From Minutocellus sp. GHC0000111 (taxonomy: Eukaryota), in assembly GCA_977018835.1 (NCBI GenBank), contig OZ361256.1:2790001-2854000 (forward strand): a stretch of DNA of 64,000 nt, read 5' to 3'. The translations under genes and the position numbers were made by a program. Shown in pieces: positions 36,737 to 48,327 of the stretch. The notes beneath the pieces were generated by a model. The model was not told the DNA's origin and did no database searches. It was given only the letters and a program-made list of their open reading frames with translations. Within the stretch, counting starts at the first letter, position 1. The number at the start of each line of letters is the position of its first letter.

Positions 36737-37211
36737 ACGGTACGAAAGACAAAGAGATGTGCCGAGAGTCGCTACATGTATCGCCTGTTTTGTGCATTTC
36801 GGTTATCTCAAGAATGAAGCCACGGCTGTTTCCCATCGGCGTGATAGCGGAAACGTGCTACTAACACGCACCGTGGAATGCTGTTGCTTGGGGGCTGGCT
36901 GCGGCATACTAGTAGCAATTCGAGCGCTTTGGCAGGGCTGGGCCGAGAGGTAGGCGAGCGAGGGCCCGAGCAGAGCGCGTCACTTGTTGACATAGGATAC
37001 TTCCGGGTTTCCGACAAAAATGCAAAAAGTGGTTTTCCGGGGGATTTTTCCATGCAGCATGATGGTGCGCACTGTCTCCCCCGCCAAAAATGAGAGGACA
37101 TCCAAAAATCTTTATTCAACGGCTCGAAAAGTAGACGCCTCTGCAAAGCAACTCATCCTTTTGCTCAGTTAATCCACTATTCAAATCAGATCTATTGTAG
37201 GTCGAGTAAAA

Positions 37212-38709
37212 ATGAAGAAGGAACGGCGCCTCTCAAGTGATGATTCGATCGCGACGGAAATATCCGACGAACTGAGCATCGACGGCGTTTCCGCCATCGA
37301 AGCAGGAGGAGCTGCTGGAAGTAGCAGCATCAAGGCCACGACCATCAACAATGGCGAAAAGAGAAAGCAGATCCTCTTTGCCTTCATTGGGTTGGTCATC
37401 GTGGCTCTTGTTGTTGGTCTGAGCGTCGGCCTTACCAAGCATGATTCTAACCCGAAGGGTCAGCAGGTGTCACAAAGTAGCGCCGACAAGAAAGATATCG
37501 CGCAAGACAAGAAGCCCAAGACATCCACAGTTGGCACTCCAACCGCAACTCCTACACCGAATCCGACCAACGCCGTTTTTCTTACCGACGGCGGATTCGA
37601 GTGCACGGAGCATGCCTCCTGCCGGTGCTACGACGAGGAGGTCTGTGAGAGCAGAAAGGGTGTCTTCTCGACGCACACTTTGGAATACGACGAGTGTGAG
37701 AAGAAGTGCTTGGCCGAGGAGGATTGCAATGGGTAAGTTATGACTGTATTCGAAAGTGTATCTGATAGAATGAATCGATGCGCATGCCATAACAACATAA
37801 CAACTCACAAACCGCGGTACCGTGTCGGATATCTATTATCTCACGCAAAAAAACATGTACAGAATTGAGTACAACGCCATCGACGGTCGCTGCGAGACTC
37901 ACACTGGACAGCTAACTGATCGTAATAACAACCACGATACTCTTTGTTGCGAAAAGAAGAAGGGAGCGGCTACCAATGGTGACAACACTGCTCTTGATTC
38001 GGCCATTGCTGACATAGTTGGCAAGGAAGTCAAGGAGGATGTTGCCTCCGAAGGGACCACATTGGACCACGTTCTTGGTTCGACCATATTTTCCGTCCAA
38101 ACCAAATATGACCAGGACGACATGATTCAGGTTTCGTTTGTAAATCTCGAGCCAGACCGAGGAGACTGGGTTGCGATCGTCAAGGTCGATTTTGATTTGG
38201 CCTGCGATGAACACACGGCGTGCCGATGCTACGAAGACAAGTGCGGGCATACCAAGGGAGTTTACAAGACGCACGAAAACATTTTGAAGGAAACATGCGA
38301 GAGTCTCTGCATGGAGGATATCAAATGCAACGGTAAGTTCTACGGTTGGTACCATGCATTTGCTGCATGACTTTTTATCTTCTGGCCATCTAACAATCTT
38401 ACCTGTTATCATATTTTTTGTTCCGCTTCTATATAATGCGAAACTCACATTGATTTCTTGACCGATCGCAAGGATAACGAAAGCACGCTGTGCTGCGAAA
38501 AGAAAGTATCTTTCTACTCCTTGCCCATTGACTGGAAATATGCCTGCGGCTCTCAGACCTGCAACGAAGATGCGGATAGTGGCACCGTTTCCTTCGACGC
38601 CGCTGCTCTAACGGCTGGTACCACCTACGAGGCTCATCTCCTAAGCAAAACTGGATTTGCCATCAAGGCCAAGACACAGCCCTTCGTTGTTGTTGGGGAT
38701 GGACTGTAA
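37212..38709 (+). CDS. Type II membrane protein with two PAN/apple-like Cys modules and an Ig/SKICH-like C-terminal domain; introns 37733-37862 and from 38333 (acceptor unclear)
   Basis: TM ILFAFIGLVIVALVVGLSVGL; two repeats of C.EH.[SA]CRCY...C...KGV...H......CE..C.....CNG...CETH...LTDR....TLCCEKK; flanking GDWVAI and WKY..SGTVSF..L.AG.TYEAHL. Confidence 0.65.
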
Positions 38710-38914
38710 TGTGGGCGTTGAATGGTTGAGTACCTACAGAAAAGAGGCGGTGATATGTATATGCGAAGAGCGCCGGATGTACCTTGCTAGTTCAGGACAA
38801 TTATTGTGATGAATAAAAACACGAATCTAGATGTAACCAATAGGGTAAGAATTTCCTACAACAAAATCGTTCAGCAGCGTAGCATATGTGGTAAATGTAA
38901 GCACGGCGAAACCT

Positions 38915-39805
38915 CTAATCATTCTTCTTGCCACCGTTACCACCACTGCCACCGACATTCCCCATCTCTTGGAATGATATCTCCTCGTCGTCTTCGTCCT
39001 CTCCCAATTCGAGATCGAGCAACCCTCGTCGCTCGGCACCGGTACTGGCCGCTGCGGCGCTGCTGACGCCGGGCCCACCCACAATTCCACCGCCACCCTG
39101 GGCCTGGGCACGCTCGTGCATCCGATCGTTGAAGTTGCGCGCAAACAGCGTCAGCCGCTTCTTGGCGTTCTCGCCCATCTCCCCCAGCCGATCTATCACG
39201 GCAAGTCCCAGCTGTGGTTGTGCGTTGGCTGTGGCTGCCGCACTGCCGGAAGCTCCGGCGCCGGCGGTTCGTCGCGATCCTGGAAATCCGCCGCCAGGTC
39301 CGCCCCGACCAGCACCACCGGAACCCCGACCAGAAGCGCCGGCTAGATGGGCGAATTCGGGATTGTTCCGCAGCTCCTGCGTGAACAGCTCGTCCTGCAG
39401 CATCCTCGCGAGCTGCTCGTCGGCGTCAATGTCGACCGCATCGGTGCCCGGCGGCGTGTCGACGCCCGGTATGCGCAGAAAGTCGGGGGGAAGCTCCGTC
39501 TTGATTCCGCGGAGCCTCCGACCTCCGCGGGTGGTGCTACCACTGTCGCCTCCGTTGGCCGTCACGGGCGTGGAGGCTCCGGAATTCGCCACGGAGGAAG
39601 AAGCCGCCGCAGCCGCGGCGTTGGGATCCTGCAACCTCCTCACCAATTCGTCGGGATCCCCATCCCCGTGGCCCAGGACCGTCTCGACCGTGTTCTCCAT
39701 GTGCCCCTCGTGGTGCCGCAGGACGGCGTCCAGCGTGGATTCCGTCCAGGGGTCGCCGAACATGGACTTGAGCGTCTCGAGGGCCTCCTCGTACGTGATG
39801 GCCAT
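38915..39805 (-). CDS. CUE-domain ubiquitin-binding protein with a UIM-like motif
   Basis: EALETLKSMFG..TLDAVLRHHEGHMENTVETVL (CUE), ELPPDFLRIP and DADEQLARMLQDELF. Confidence 0.8.
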   Translation of the reverse strand: MAITYEEALETLKSMFGDPWTESTLDAVLRHHEGHMENTVETVLGHGDGDPDELVRRLQDPNAAAAAASSSVANSGASTPVTANGGDSGSTTRGGRRLRGIKTELPPDFLRIPGVDTPPGTDAVDIDADEQLARMLQDELFTQELRNNPEFAHLAGASGRGSGGAGRGGPGGGFPGSRRTAGAGASGSAAATANAQPQLGLAVIDRLGEMGENAKKRLTLFARNFNDRMHERAQAQGGGGIVGGPGVSSAAAASTGAERRGLLDLELGEDEDDEEISFQEMGNVGGSGGNGGKKND

Positions 39806-40105
39806 GGTTTTCACTTTTGGCTGATGTGCGTTTCGGATGGTCGCGTCCCTAGCTATTAATAGCTAGCTAGAGCCAGTGAATTGACTCGGTCAATTGAATT
39901 GCATAAAGCAAGATTCGGCCAGTGCGAGTGGTTTTGATCTTGCTGCGGATCGGTACCTACGCTTACATTACGATTACGGGTGTTTTCTTGTCCGTCTTTA
40001 CGCCGTCCGCAAAAGATCATGGCGGGACGAACTCGGCATTCCGTGCTCGCCTGTCAAACCGAACGAACGGCCGCGGACTGAGCCCAAAGACATAGAGACA
40101 ACATA

Positions 40106-42525
40106 ATGGTGTTACTCCCATCGCTCTCCGCGTTTGCGGCATGGGTGCTGATCCTTTCGTCGTTCCTCGCAGGATCGGCTTCAGCCGACGCATCTCCATC
40201 AACTGGTCAAAGTAGCACCGAAAACTTCCTCACGCAGAACTTTGACGCCTGGCTCCTGACTCCAAATCCTACACCGTCGAGTCCGACCCCACCGAATAAA
40301 ACCGCCGTCTTGCCATCTATGCCACCAATCTCAACATTGTGCGGCGTCACAATGCCGCCCACGAGCGTGGCTACACATCTTACGCCATGTCGGTCGATGG
40401 TCCGTTTGCGGATCTGACGGATGACGAATTCTATCTGATGGAGGGGCAGAATTGCAGTGCCACCCACACCTCGCCGGGCCCAGTGTCTGACGAATCTTCG
40501 GGCCTCGACCTTCCCAAGGCAATGGATTGGCGCACGCAAGGCGTCATAACTCCCATCAAGAATCAGGGCCACTGCGGCTCGTGCTGGACGTTCTCGACCT
40601 CGGGCACCCTCGAGGCGCACTATTGCATCACCCACAACAAGGACTGTACTCATTGGAAGGGCCTGGCCGAGCAGCAGCTCGTTGATTGCGCCGGCGACTT
40701 CAACAACCACGGGTGCAGCGGTGGTCTTCCCTCGCAGGCGTTTGAATACATTCACTACAACGGTGGCATGGCTCTCGAGGAATCGTACAAATACAAGGCA
40801 AAGGACGGGGTCTGCCACGAGATTGACCGGCGTGACATTGTCGCCAAGGTCCGCGGGGTGCACAACATTTCCACAGGCGACGAGGATGGCATCGTTAGAG
40901 CGGTGGCCAAGTATGGGCCGGTGGCCGTGGCGTTTGACGTATCTCCCGACTTTCGGCTATATTCGCATGGAGTTTACGATAGCTTCAACTCCACCACGAA
41001 CCAGACCATGTGCCTCAAGGACCCGCAGCACGTCAATCATGCTGTTGTGGCGGTCGGTTACGGCGAAACCATGGAGGACACGCCCGTTCCCTATCACATC
41101 ATTCGCAACTCTTGGGGGTAAGTGGATCTTGATTTATCTTTGGGCGAAAACATGGATATTATTTACTTCGCTCTATTACTCACTTCGTGAGATCACCTCC
41201 TTCTCGACAGAAATTCATGGGGTATGGAAGGATACTTCTGGATGAAACGAGGCGAGAATATGTGCGGCGTCAGCGACTGTGCGTCGTACCCTCTAGTTCG
41301 CGACAAGCCTGAACTTGTTGAAGATAGTACAGATGAAGCAGTTGATGATAATTCTGCCGAGAAAGAATCATTGGTCACCGCCAAGGTCACGGCCAGCTTT
41401 TCCAACTGGATCCAATTGCATCAAAAGTCATATCAGAGTGAGGAGGAATATCAACAGAGACTTCTAGCTTATGCCACAAATGCCGCTCTAGTTGATCGAC
41501 ACAATGATGCGCATGCCAAGGGTCTAACGAGCTACCAAATGAAAATGGACGGTCCATTCAGCGATTTGACGTTTGCCGAATTTGAGGATCTATATCTCAT
41601 GGAAGCGAGGGACTGCTATCCCACCCACACTTCTTCCGGCCCAGTTCCCGTCGACGATGACCTTGAGCTCCCAAAGTTTCATGACTGGCGCACCAAGGGA
41701 GTCATTACTCCGATTAAATCCCAGGGTCATTGCGGATCCTGCTGGACTTTTGCTTCGACTGGTACTATCGAAGCCCATCACTGCATTGCTGAGGTGATGG
41801 ATTGCTCTCAGTGGGCTGGTCTAGCAGAGCAGCAGCTTGTAGATTGTGCTGGTGGCCATTTCGGAAATGCCGGTTGTGGAGGCGGCTGGCCTAGCACAGC
41901 TATGGAATACATCCACTACGTCGGCGGCATCGTGACTGAGGATTCTTATAGATACACAGCCAAGGACGGGAAATGCAAAGCAAAGAAGAAGATGGAGCGA
42001 AACAATGTTGGTGCCAAGATCCGACGAGTCCATAACATCACGTCGTTCGATGAGGACGACCTTGTTAAAGCAGTGGCTCACATCGGCCCGGTCGCCGTTG
42101 CGTTCGATGTTGCCAATGGATTTCATCTCTACTCGCACGGTGTTTATGATGCTTACGATGCTACTACTGGCGAGAACTTGTGCAAGACCGATATTCGGCA
42201 TCTCAATCATGCCGTGGTTGCAGTTGGATTTGGAGAGACGATGGAGGATGAGCCCAAACCGTATCATATTATTCGCAACTCTTGGGGGTAAGTGGATCTT
42301 GATTTATCTTTGGGCGAAAACATGGATATTATTTACTTCGCTCTATTACTCACTTCGTAAGATCACCTCCTTCTCGACAGAAATTCATGGGGCATGGAAG
42401 GATACTTTTCCATGCTGCGCGGCAAGAACCTTTGTGGTGTGAGTGATTGTGCTGCCTATCCTGACGGAGTTCCAATGAGTTCTCATCTTATGAAGTCAGC
42501 AGATGAAGCGATTGAGCTTAAATAA
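40106..42525 (+). CDS. Cathepsin H-like papain protease with two tandem (I29 prodomain + C1A) units; introns 41118-41210 and 42288-42380; frameshift near 40260 and in-frame TAA at 40297-40299
   Basis: Signal peptide; both units have DWR..GVITPIK.QG.CGSCWTF, LAEQQLVDCA, GC.GG.PS.A.EYIHY, NHAVVAVG and RNSWG..WGMEGYF; mini-chain-like segments QNCSATH and RDCYPTH. No stop codon between the units. Confidence 0.88.
41101..42407 (+). repeat. Near-identical direct repeat of about 137 bp (41101-41237 and 42271-42407) centred on the two cathepsin introns
   Basis: Direct comparison shows one mismatch inside the 93-bp introns (cgtga/cgtaa) and one in the flanking exon (ggt/ggc). Confidence 0.95.
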
Positions 42526-42740
42526 AAGTAGTAGGAAATCCTAGAGTCTTCTTTTGTACATCCTCACAGTTATCACTACGCTATTTCTCCACAATGGTCA
42601 GATTTCTTGTACAGCTTGGCAGTGGTCTCTGTACTATTTCTTTCTTCACAACCACTGCTTCATACGAATATCAACGTTTCAGACATAATTCATCTGCTCG
42701 CGGACATCCACTTGATCGATCCGATTAAGATACCACAACC

Positions 42741-42986
42741 TCATTCCTCTTTAGCGCCACCTTTTTCAGTATCTAATCCAGTCTGACTCGTCATGGCCCG
42801 CGTTTGACCCTGCGCGGCAGCAGCCATGCGGTGACGGGCCTCGGCCCGAACCGCATTCAAGTCGTCTTCCGTCATGTCGATATTGCTCACGAGGATGGTG
42901 AGAAGAATGATCACCGAGATTGCTCCGACACCCCACACCATAGATGGAGTTACGCCCAAATCGACAAGGAAGGCGGGAAGAGGCAT
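42741..42986 (-). CDS. Small single-pass membrane protein (81 aa)
   Basis: ATG-started ORF with one TM segment (VWGVGAISVIILLTILVS) and a charged tail; no family recognised. Confidence 0.4.
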   Translation of the reverse strand: MPLPAFLVDLGVTPSMVWGVGAISVIILLTILVSNIDMTEDDLNAVRAEARHRMAAAAQGQTRAMTSQTGLDTEKGGAKEE

Positions 42987-43617
42987 TGTTCAGGCGACTT
43001 ATTGCGTTACTTCTCGCTCGCTCGACTTCGTCGGGGGCAGTGACGTACGAACGAACACTCAACTTGCTCGCACTTTGTTCGCGTTGCTTTCTACGTAGCT
43101 TTCCCAACCAGGTAGAGCCTAGAACAATCGGCACCCAGCACGGCAACCAGTATAGAGCTAACCACTTACAAAATGCCTCGAGCACCAGTCAAGCAGTAGC
43201 GCTCAGTGGCATTGGATATGGCACGATAGCGATACAAATCCGCCGACGCAAATGAGGCCGTCGCGTCAGCTGGTTGTACAGAGAAAGTACATAAACCAGA
43301 TGCTGATTTGATGGCCGGCACCCGAGAAGTCTTCAAGTCAAGTGAGTGAGAACCAACCTCTGCCCCCAATGTACATGGCTGTATGTACCAGTACCGTTAT
43401 GTAGAATCGTAGACTGCAGCCGAATTCTATGGCAGTGGCCCAAACCGAGCTGTGTTTAGTTAAATGATACTTCAATACATTTTGCTAAAATCTAAGTCTC
43501 TCCATAGTCGTCATAAAAGAGAAACGAATCAAATTTCGCCGCCGCTGTCTTTTGTCACATCAATCATTAATAATATCAGTAGCCACCACCACCAATCATC
43601 ATCACTACCAAAGGTGC

Positions 43618-45923
43618 TCAAAACAGGAAAGTTGCAAACTTCATCTTCAGACCATTCATTGCCGTATCATCAAACCAGAACTGTTCCTGATGCTCTTCGT
43701 ACCGAACACTTGCACCAGACAGATAATATCCTTCATCGGCAACAACAGTGGGCTTCCACCCACCCCAAAGTCCCTTATGAACTACCTTCCACACAGGTGA
43801 TTGATTACCACTCGGATCAGTACAAAGAATCTTCAATCCGTTCAGAGCGGTGTCATCTGTAAAGGTTCCTCCATTATCCTCGTATCTTACCTGGGCGCCA
43901 TTTATGTATGAACCTTGTGGGCACATGACCCATGACAGCCAAGTGCCAAAGACACCCGAGTACACAGTCAATGAATCCTGGCTTTGCCAGCCGCTGATAG
44001 AATCACAAAACCTTAGAGCAAGCCCATTGGCGGCTGTATCATCTCGGCCGGACTGAGAAGGCTGGAACTTGATCCTAGCGCCGCAGCCTCGAAACGTCAA
44101 AAGGTCAGGATCATCCTTAATGCCAACCCAAGGCATCCACTTTCCAAAGTCACCCTCGTGGATCATCAGCACCGTTTCCTCAAGAGTTGCAGGTGACAGA
44201 GGACTGACGGGTGCATCATCGTCTGGTATACCTCCATCTTCAGAGTCAATATCCTCAGGGATTGGCATGTCACCCTCCGAGGTTGATTCGTCAACCCAAT
44301 TGGCGACGTCACCGATTTCCGCGAGAATCTCTTGAAGCTTCGGTGGAGCACAAACAGGATTGCCCCAGTCCTTGCAAGTACGGCCGATGCGCAGAAATCA
44401 TCCGCCTTACCAGTGATTGTGTCGAAGCATTTGGGAACACTAGAAGGGCATTTCGGTCCTTCGCAGCAGCTACAGTCTCTGAATTGTGCATATTCGAACG
44501 AAGGATTGTAGCCACCTCTCTCGCAAGTCACAGCACTCGAAACAAATTGGGAAGACTCGCAGTTGTGGTCAAAGGTACCGTGACAATGCACGGTGCTGTT
44601 CCGAAAGGTAGTTTGATAACAGGAACGGTCTCGGATGCACTCGACGTCGGACTCATCAATCTTTGCGTTCTTGCAAGATTCCGGTGTAGCGCAGTAGACT
44701 GAGCAATCCTTGATGGGATAGTTCGCACAATTGCGGGAAGAATACTTGTTTGTAGTATCACAAAGGACAATCTCCTCACCGATAGAGCACTCAGATGCCT
44801 CATGAATTGGAGACAGAGATGGTACTTTAATGTCGTCACATACGGGATTGCCCCAGTCCTTGCACGTACGTCCGAGAAAAGTCGACGAGCAGAAATCATC
44901 CGCCTTACCAGTGATCGAGTCATAGCACATGGGACCTCCTGTTCCACCACCGCCGGTCTTTTCGCGGAAAGAGCAGGGGTAGAAGTACGAATACTCACAC
45001 GAAGGATTGTAGCCACCCCTTTCACATGCCACGGCGCTCACAAAGAACCTGGCAGACTCACAATTATGGTCCATACCGCTGCCGCACCGTACGGTGCTGT
45101 TACGGAATGTAGTCTGATGACAAGACCGATCTCGGTCGCAGAAGACGTCGGACTCGTCGATCCTGGCGCCCGCGCAAGAGCCCGCGGAAAGGCAGTAGAC
45201 CGAGCAATCCTTGATGGGATAGTTCGCACAATTGCGGGAAGAATATTTGCCCGAGCTATCGCAAAGGACAATCTCCTCGCCGATGGAGCACTCAGATGCC
45301 TCGTGGATCGGAGACAGAGTTGATACATCTATATCGTTACACACGGGATTGCCCCAGTCCTTGCACGTACGTCCGAGAAAAGTCGACGAGCAGAAATCAT
45401 CCGCCTTACCAGTGATCGAGTCATAGCACATGGGACCTCCCGTGCCGCCACCGCCGGTCTTTTCGCGACACGAGCAAGGGTAGAAGTACGAATACTCGCA
45501 CGAAGGATTGTAACCGCCTCTCTCGCACGTCACGGCGCTCACAAAGAACCTGGCAGACTCACAATTATGATCTGAGGTACCGTGACAATGCACGGTGCTG
45601 TTACGGAAGGTGGTTTGATAACAGGAACGGTCTTGGACGCACTCGACGTCGGACTCGTCGATCTTTGCGGCCTTGCAGGCATCACGGCAATAGACGAAAC
45701 AGTTGGCAATGCCGGCTCCATCACAAGGTCTATTACCGTATTCGCATCTGACAAGTTCCTCGCCCGCGGAACATTGCTCAGAGCTCAGATGGCGTTGCAC
45801 CAATGGTGTTCCTCCACCACGAAGTAGTCCATGAAATGCAACATCATTTCTCGCAAGCGTTTCTTTGGATACTGCCAGGACTATCAAAAGTATCTCAAGG
45901 CCAGTGGATGATCTCAACATCAT
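43618..45923 (-). CDS. Secreted protein with three Cys-rich tandem repeats and a C-terminal vitelline membrane outer layer I (VOMI) beta-prism domain; frameshift near 44380
   Basis: Signal peptide; three repeats of about 160-167 aa; C-terminal threefold G.[FW]G.W...C....GAQVRYE...DDTA.NGL..C typical of VMO-I. The shifted frame links CKDWGNPVC to ORF 43618-44268. Confidence 0.8.
44350..45780 (-). repeat. Intragenic tandem repeat, three copies with a period of about 490-500 bp
   Basis: The block gccccagtccttgca recurs at about 44362, 44850 and 45351; the copies at 44850 and 45351 share long identical nucleotide stretches. Confidence 0.9.
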
Positions 45924-46667
45924 TCCGCGGATTCTGCCTCAAGAACAATTTATTTTGTCTTGTATTCGATTGTATAAATCTCGCTCGCTCTCCTTTTTTT
46001 TCTGTCTGATCGACGAGGTCTGTGTGTGATCGGTGGAGCGGATGTGGCCGAGCGCCGCGTGAAGCAAACAAATCAATGAGCACACGAGATGTATCAGTGT
46101 TGGGCGCAATCAATTCAATGTAATAATATGCAAAAGATATCACCCCAACAGCATTCATCGAACTCACCTCTTTTGATTCACTTAGTTCACTTTGTTCTCA
46201 CCGAGTTGTTCATTTTATGCGGTGCCTTCACGTGTTATGCAGGGCGACGGCTCTTTGCCCCTGAAGGGCTTCGCATCGTCGGGGCTTCAACAAGACCAAG
46301 ACCGGACGGCCGGTAACTGCCACCATTCGGGTGCCGCCATCTCACCGGTGCTACCGCACTATTTCGTCGCATATCCTCCCTTCTGCCTTGACAATTGCAC
46401 ACATGCGTCACTTATGGTGGCGTATCGCCTGGCTGCACAACGTGTGACGGTATCCATACCAGCCTGGCTGGCCAACGTCATGTGCCTCATTTTGCTATGC
46501 TTGGGCGACTGGACCGGTGATGAAGCACACACGCCTTTAATTTAGTTGAGGTCAGTCGAGCGGTCGGCCGGTCATTCGCAGTCCTCATCATCTCATCATT
46601 CGCAGGCAGGAGTTGAGAGGGCGGCGCGAGGAGACAAGGCCCACTGCCAGCTTGCGCAATAAGAAAC

Positions 46668-48307
46668 ATGTTCGACGACCGACTGCCTCCCTTTGAGGCG
46701 CACGGCGGTATCCTGGAGCCCTTCGACGACGGGCACGTCCCCGAGACGTTCCGATGCTCGTCACTACCCACCAGCACAAGCACCAACACTTCCAGCAATG
46801 ACGACGGCAATAATTGCCACGACGAAAACCATCCCCGAATAGTTCGCTATCCTCTCCACCATTCTGATTCTCCATCGGTGAGGGTCTATGATGATGTCCT
46901 GCCGATCGCTCTGCTTGATCAGCTGTATGAGTGCACGGTCCATCCTGCAAATGCCGAGAATGACGACGCCAGCAGCAGCGGCAGTCCGCCCAAGCCATGG
47001 GGTACCTACGTGACGATAGAGGAGGCGGTGGAATGGATGCAGCAGTTTGATGCCAAAGAGTGTGAAATGGAGCGCGCGCTCAATATAGAAAAGGTGCAAG
47101 CTCACAATCTTGACCAACATCAGCACAACCTCGCCGTGGCGGTCATTGCCCTCCTCCTCATCGGTCGGAAGGATGACGAGGCCAGTGCCATCATCCCCAA
47201 CGATGGTTCCGACGACCCGCCGCGATTATTGAATGAACTTGCCAGTCCATTGACTGCACTGAAATCAGATGCACATGGGGTTGCCGTGTGGGCGTTATCT
47301 TCCACCGTGGGATCGGGAGTGAGATATCACATTGACTACGCCGAGCAGTATCGCTACGAGCGAAACATTACGTCCCACCCCTGCTGGCGGGGACGGTGCA
47401 ATGCACCAACTTTGGCGGAGATGATGATGGCAGTGGCGATGAGCAAATGGTCGGTGGTGACTTTGCGGTGAATTTGGGTGGGTTGAAACATTACGAAACA
47501 AATGGGTACAAGGGGGCAAGAAGTGGGGATGATCGTGGGGGTTGGACCGACACAACATATAACAATGATACGAACAGCACATGCTCATCGGTGCCGCATC
47601 ACAACCAACAGACCAACTGGGTCACTGTTCCCTATCGATATAATCGTGGAATATTTCATCATGGACAGCTACCGCATCTGTCCACCCCGATCAAATCCAT
47701 CTCGTCATTTGGAGAAGACGCTGAAAACAATCGGCAGAGGAGCAAATCGCGAGTCATTTTGGGTATGAATGTGTTTGGTCATGACATTGGACCGGAGGTT
47801 AGCAAGGCACCGGAGCATTCCGATGCTTTTCGACGGAAAATCAAGATGTTCCGTGCCCTGCTGAGTAAGCCTTCTCAAAATGGGGACGGCAAGGAGAGAA
47901 CATCCACCCATAATACCAAGCTATCCGTCGAAGCCGTGAAAAAGAACAAGGCGCTCAGCAATTTATTGGTTCTGGCCATGAGGGAGAAGATCAAAGAGGA
48001 TTTGCGCAGACGGCAAGCACAATTGACGGGTGATATTTGGGCAGCATTGGATGCTGCCGAGAAATCGGATAATTCTCCGCCGCTTACTGTCGGTGAGCTG
48101 ATGGAACGACTTGGCAATCCAAGCACCGAATCGACCTGGCCCACACCCACGGACGTTCATGTGCACCTACACCACCTTGTTATGGGAAATGGTGAGCAAG
48201 CTGTTCAAAGAAACAAACTGGTTGCCGTAACCGAGAAGCAAATTGGCAGAGATGGACTTCTTTTGCCCTCTACTGAACTTTCAATACAAAACTCCAAAAT
48301 AAAGTAA
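46668..48307 (+). CDS. 2OG-Fe(II) oxygenase-like protein; frameshift near 47370
   Basis: GVAVW, YHIDYAE (HxD), VPPLLAGTVQC (shifted frame), GGDFAV, YRYNRGIF..G.LPHLSTP (distal His) and RVILGMNVF. Confidence 0.65.
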
Positions 48308-48327
48308 ATAAAGTCAGCTACGTATCC

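Noticed and set aside
2803..40299. Stop-codon reassignment or programmed readthrough explaining the five in-frame stops
   Set aside because: All three stop codons also terminate genes normally here. The implied residues are inconsistent: TAA at 40297 aligns with Tyr in the sister unit, TGA at 19274 fits CGA Arg, and TAG at 20708 fits Glu. Frameshifts occur even more often, so substitution or error is the simpler explanation.
44350..45780. Repeat array as CRISPR or a mobile element
   Set aside because: The repeats are about 500-bp in-frame coding units without spacers, in a eukaryotic context.
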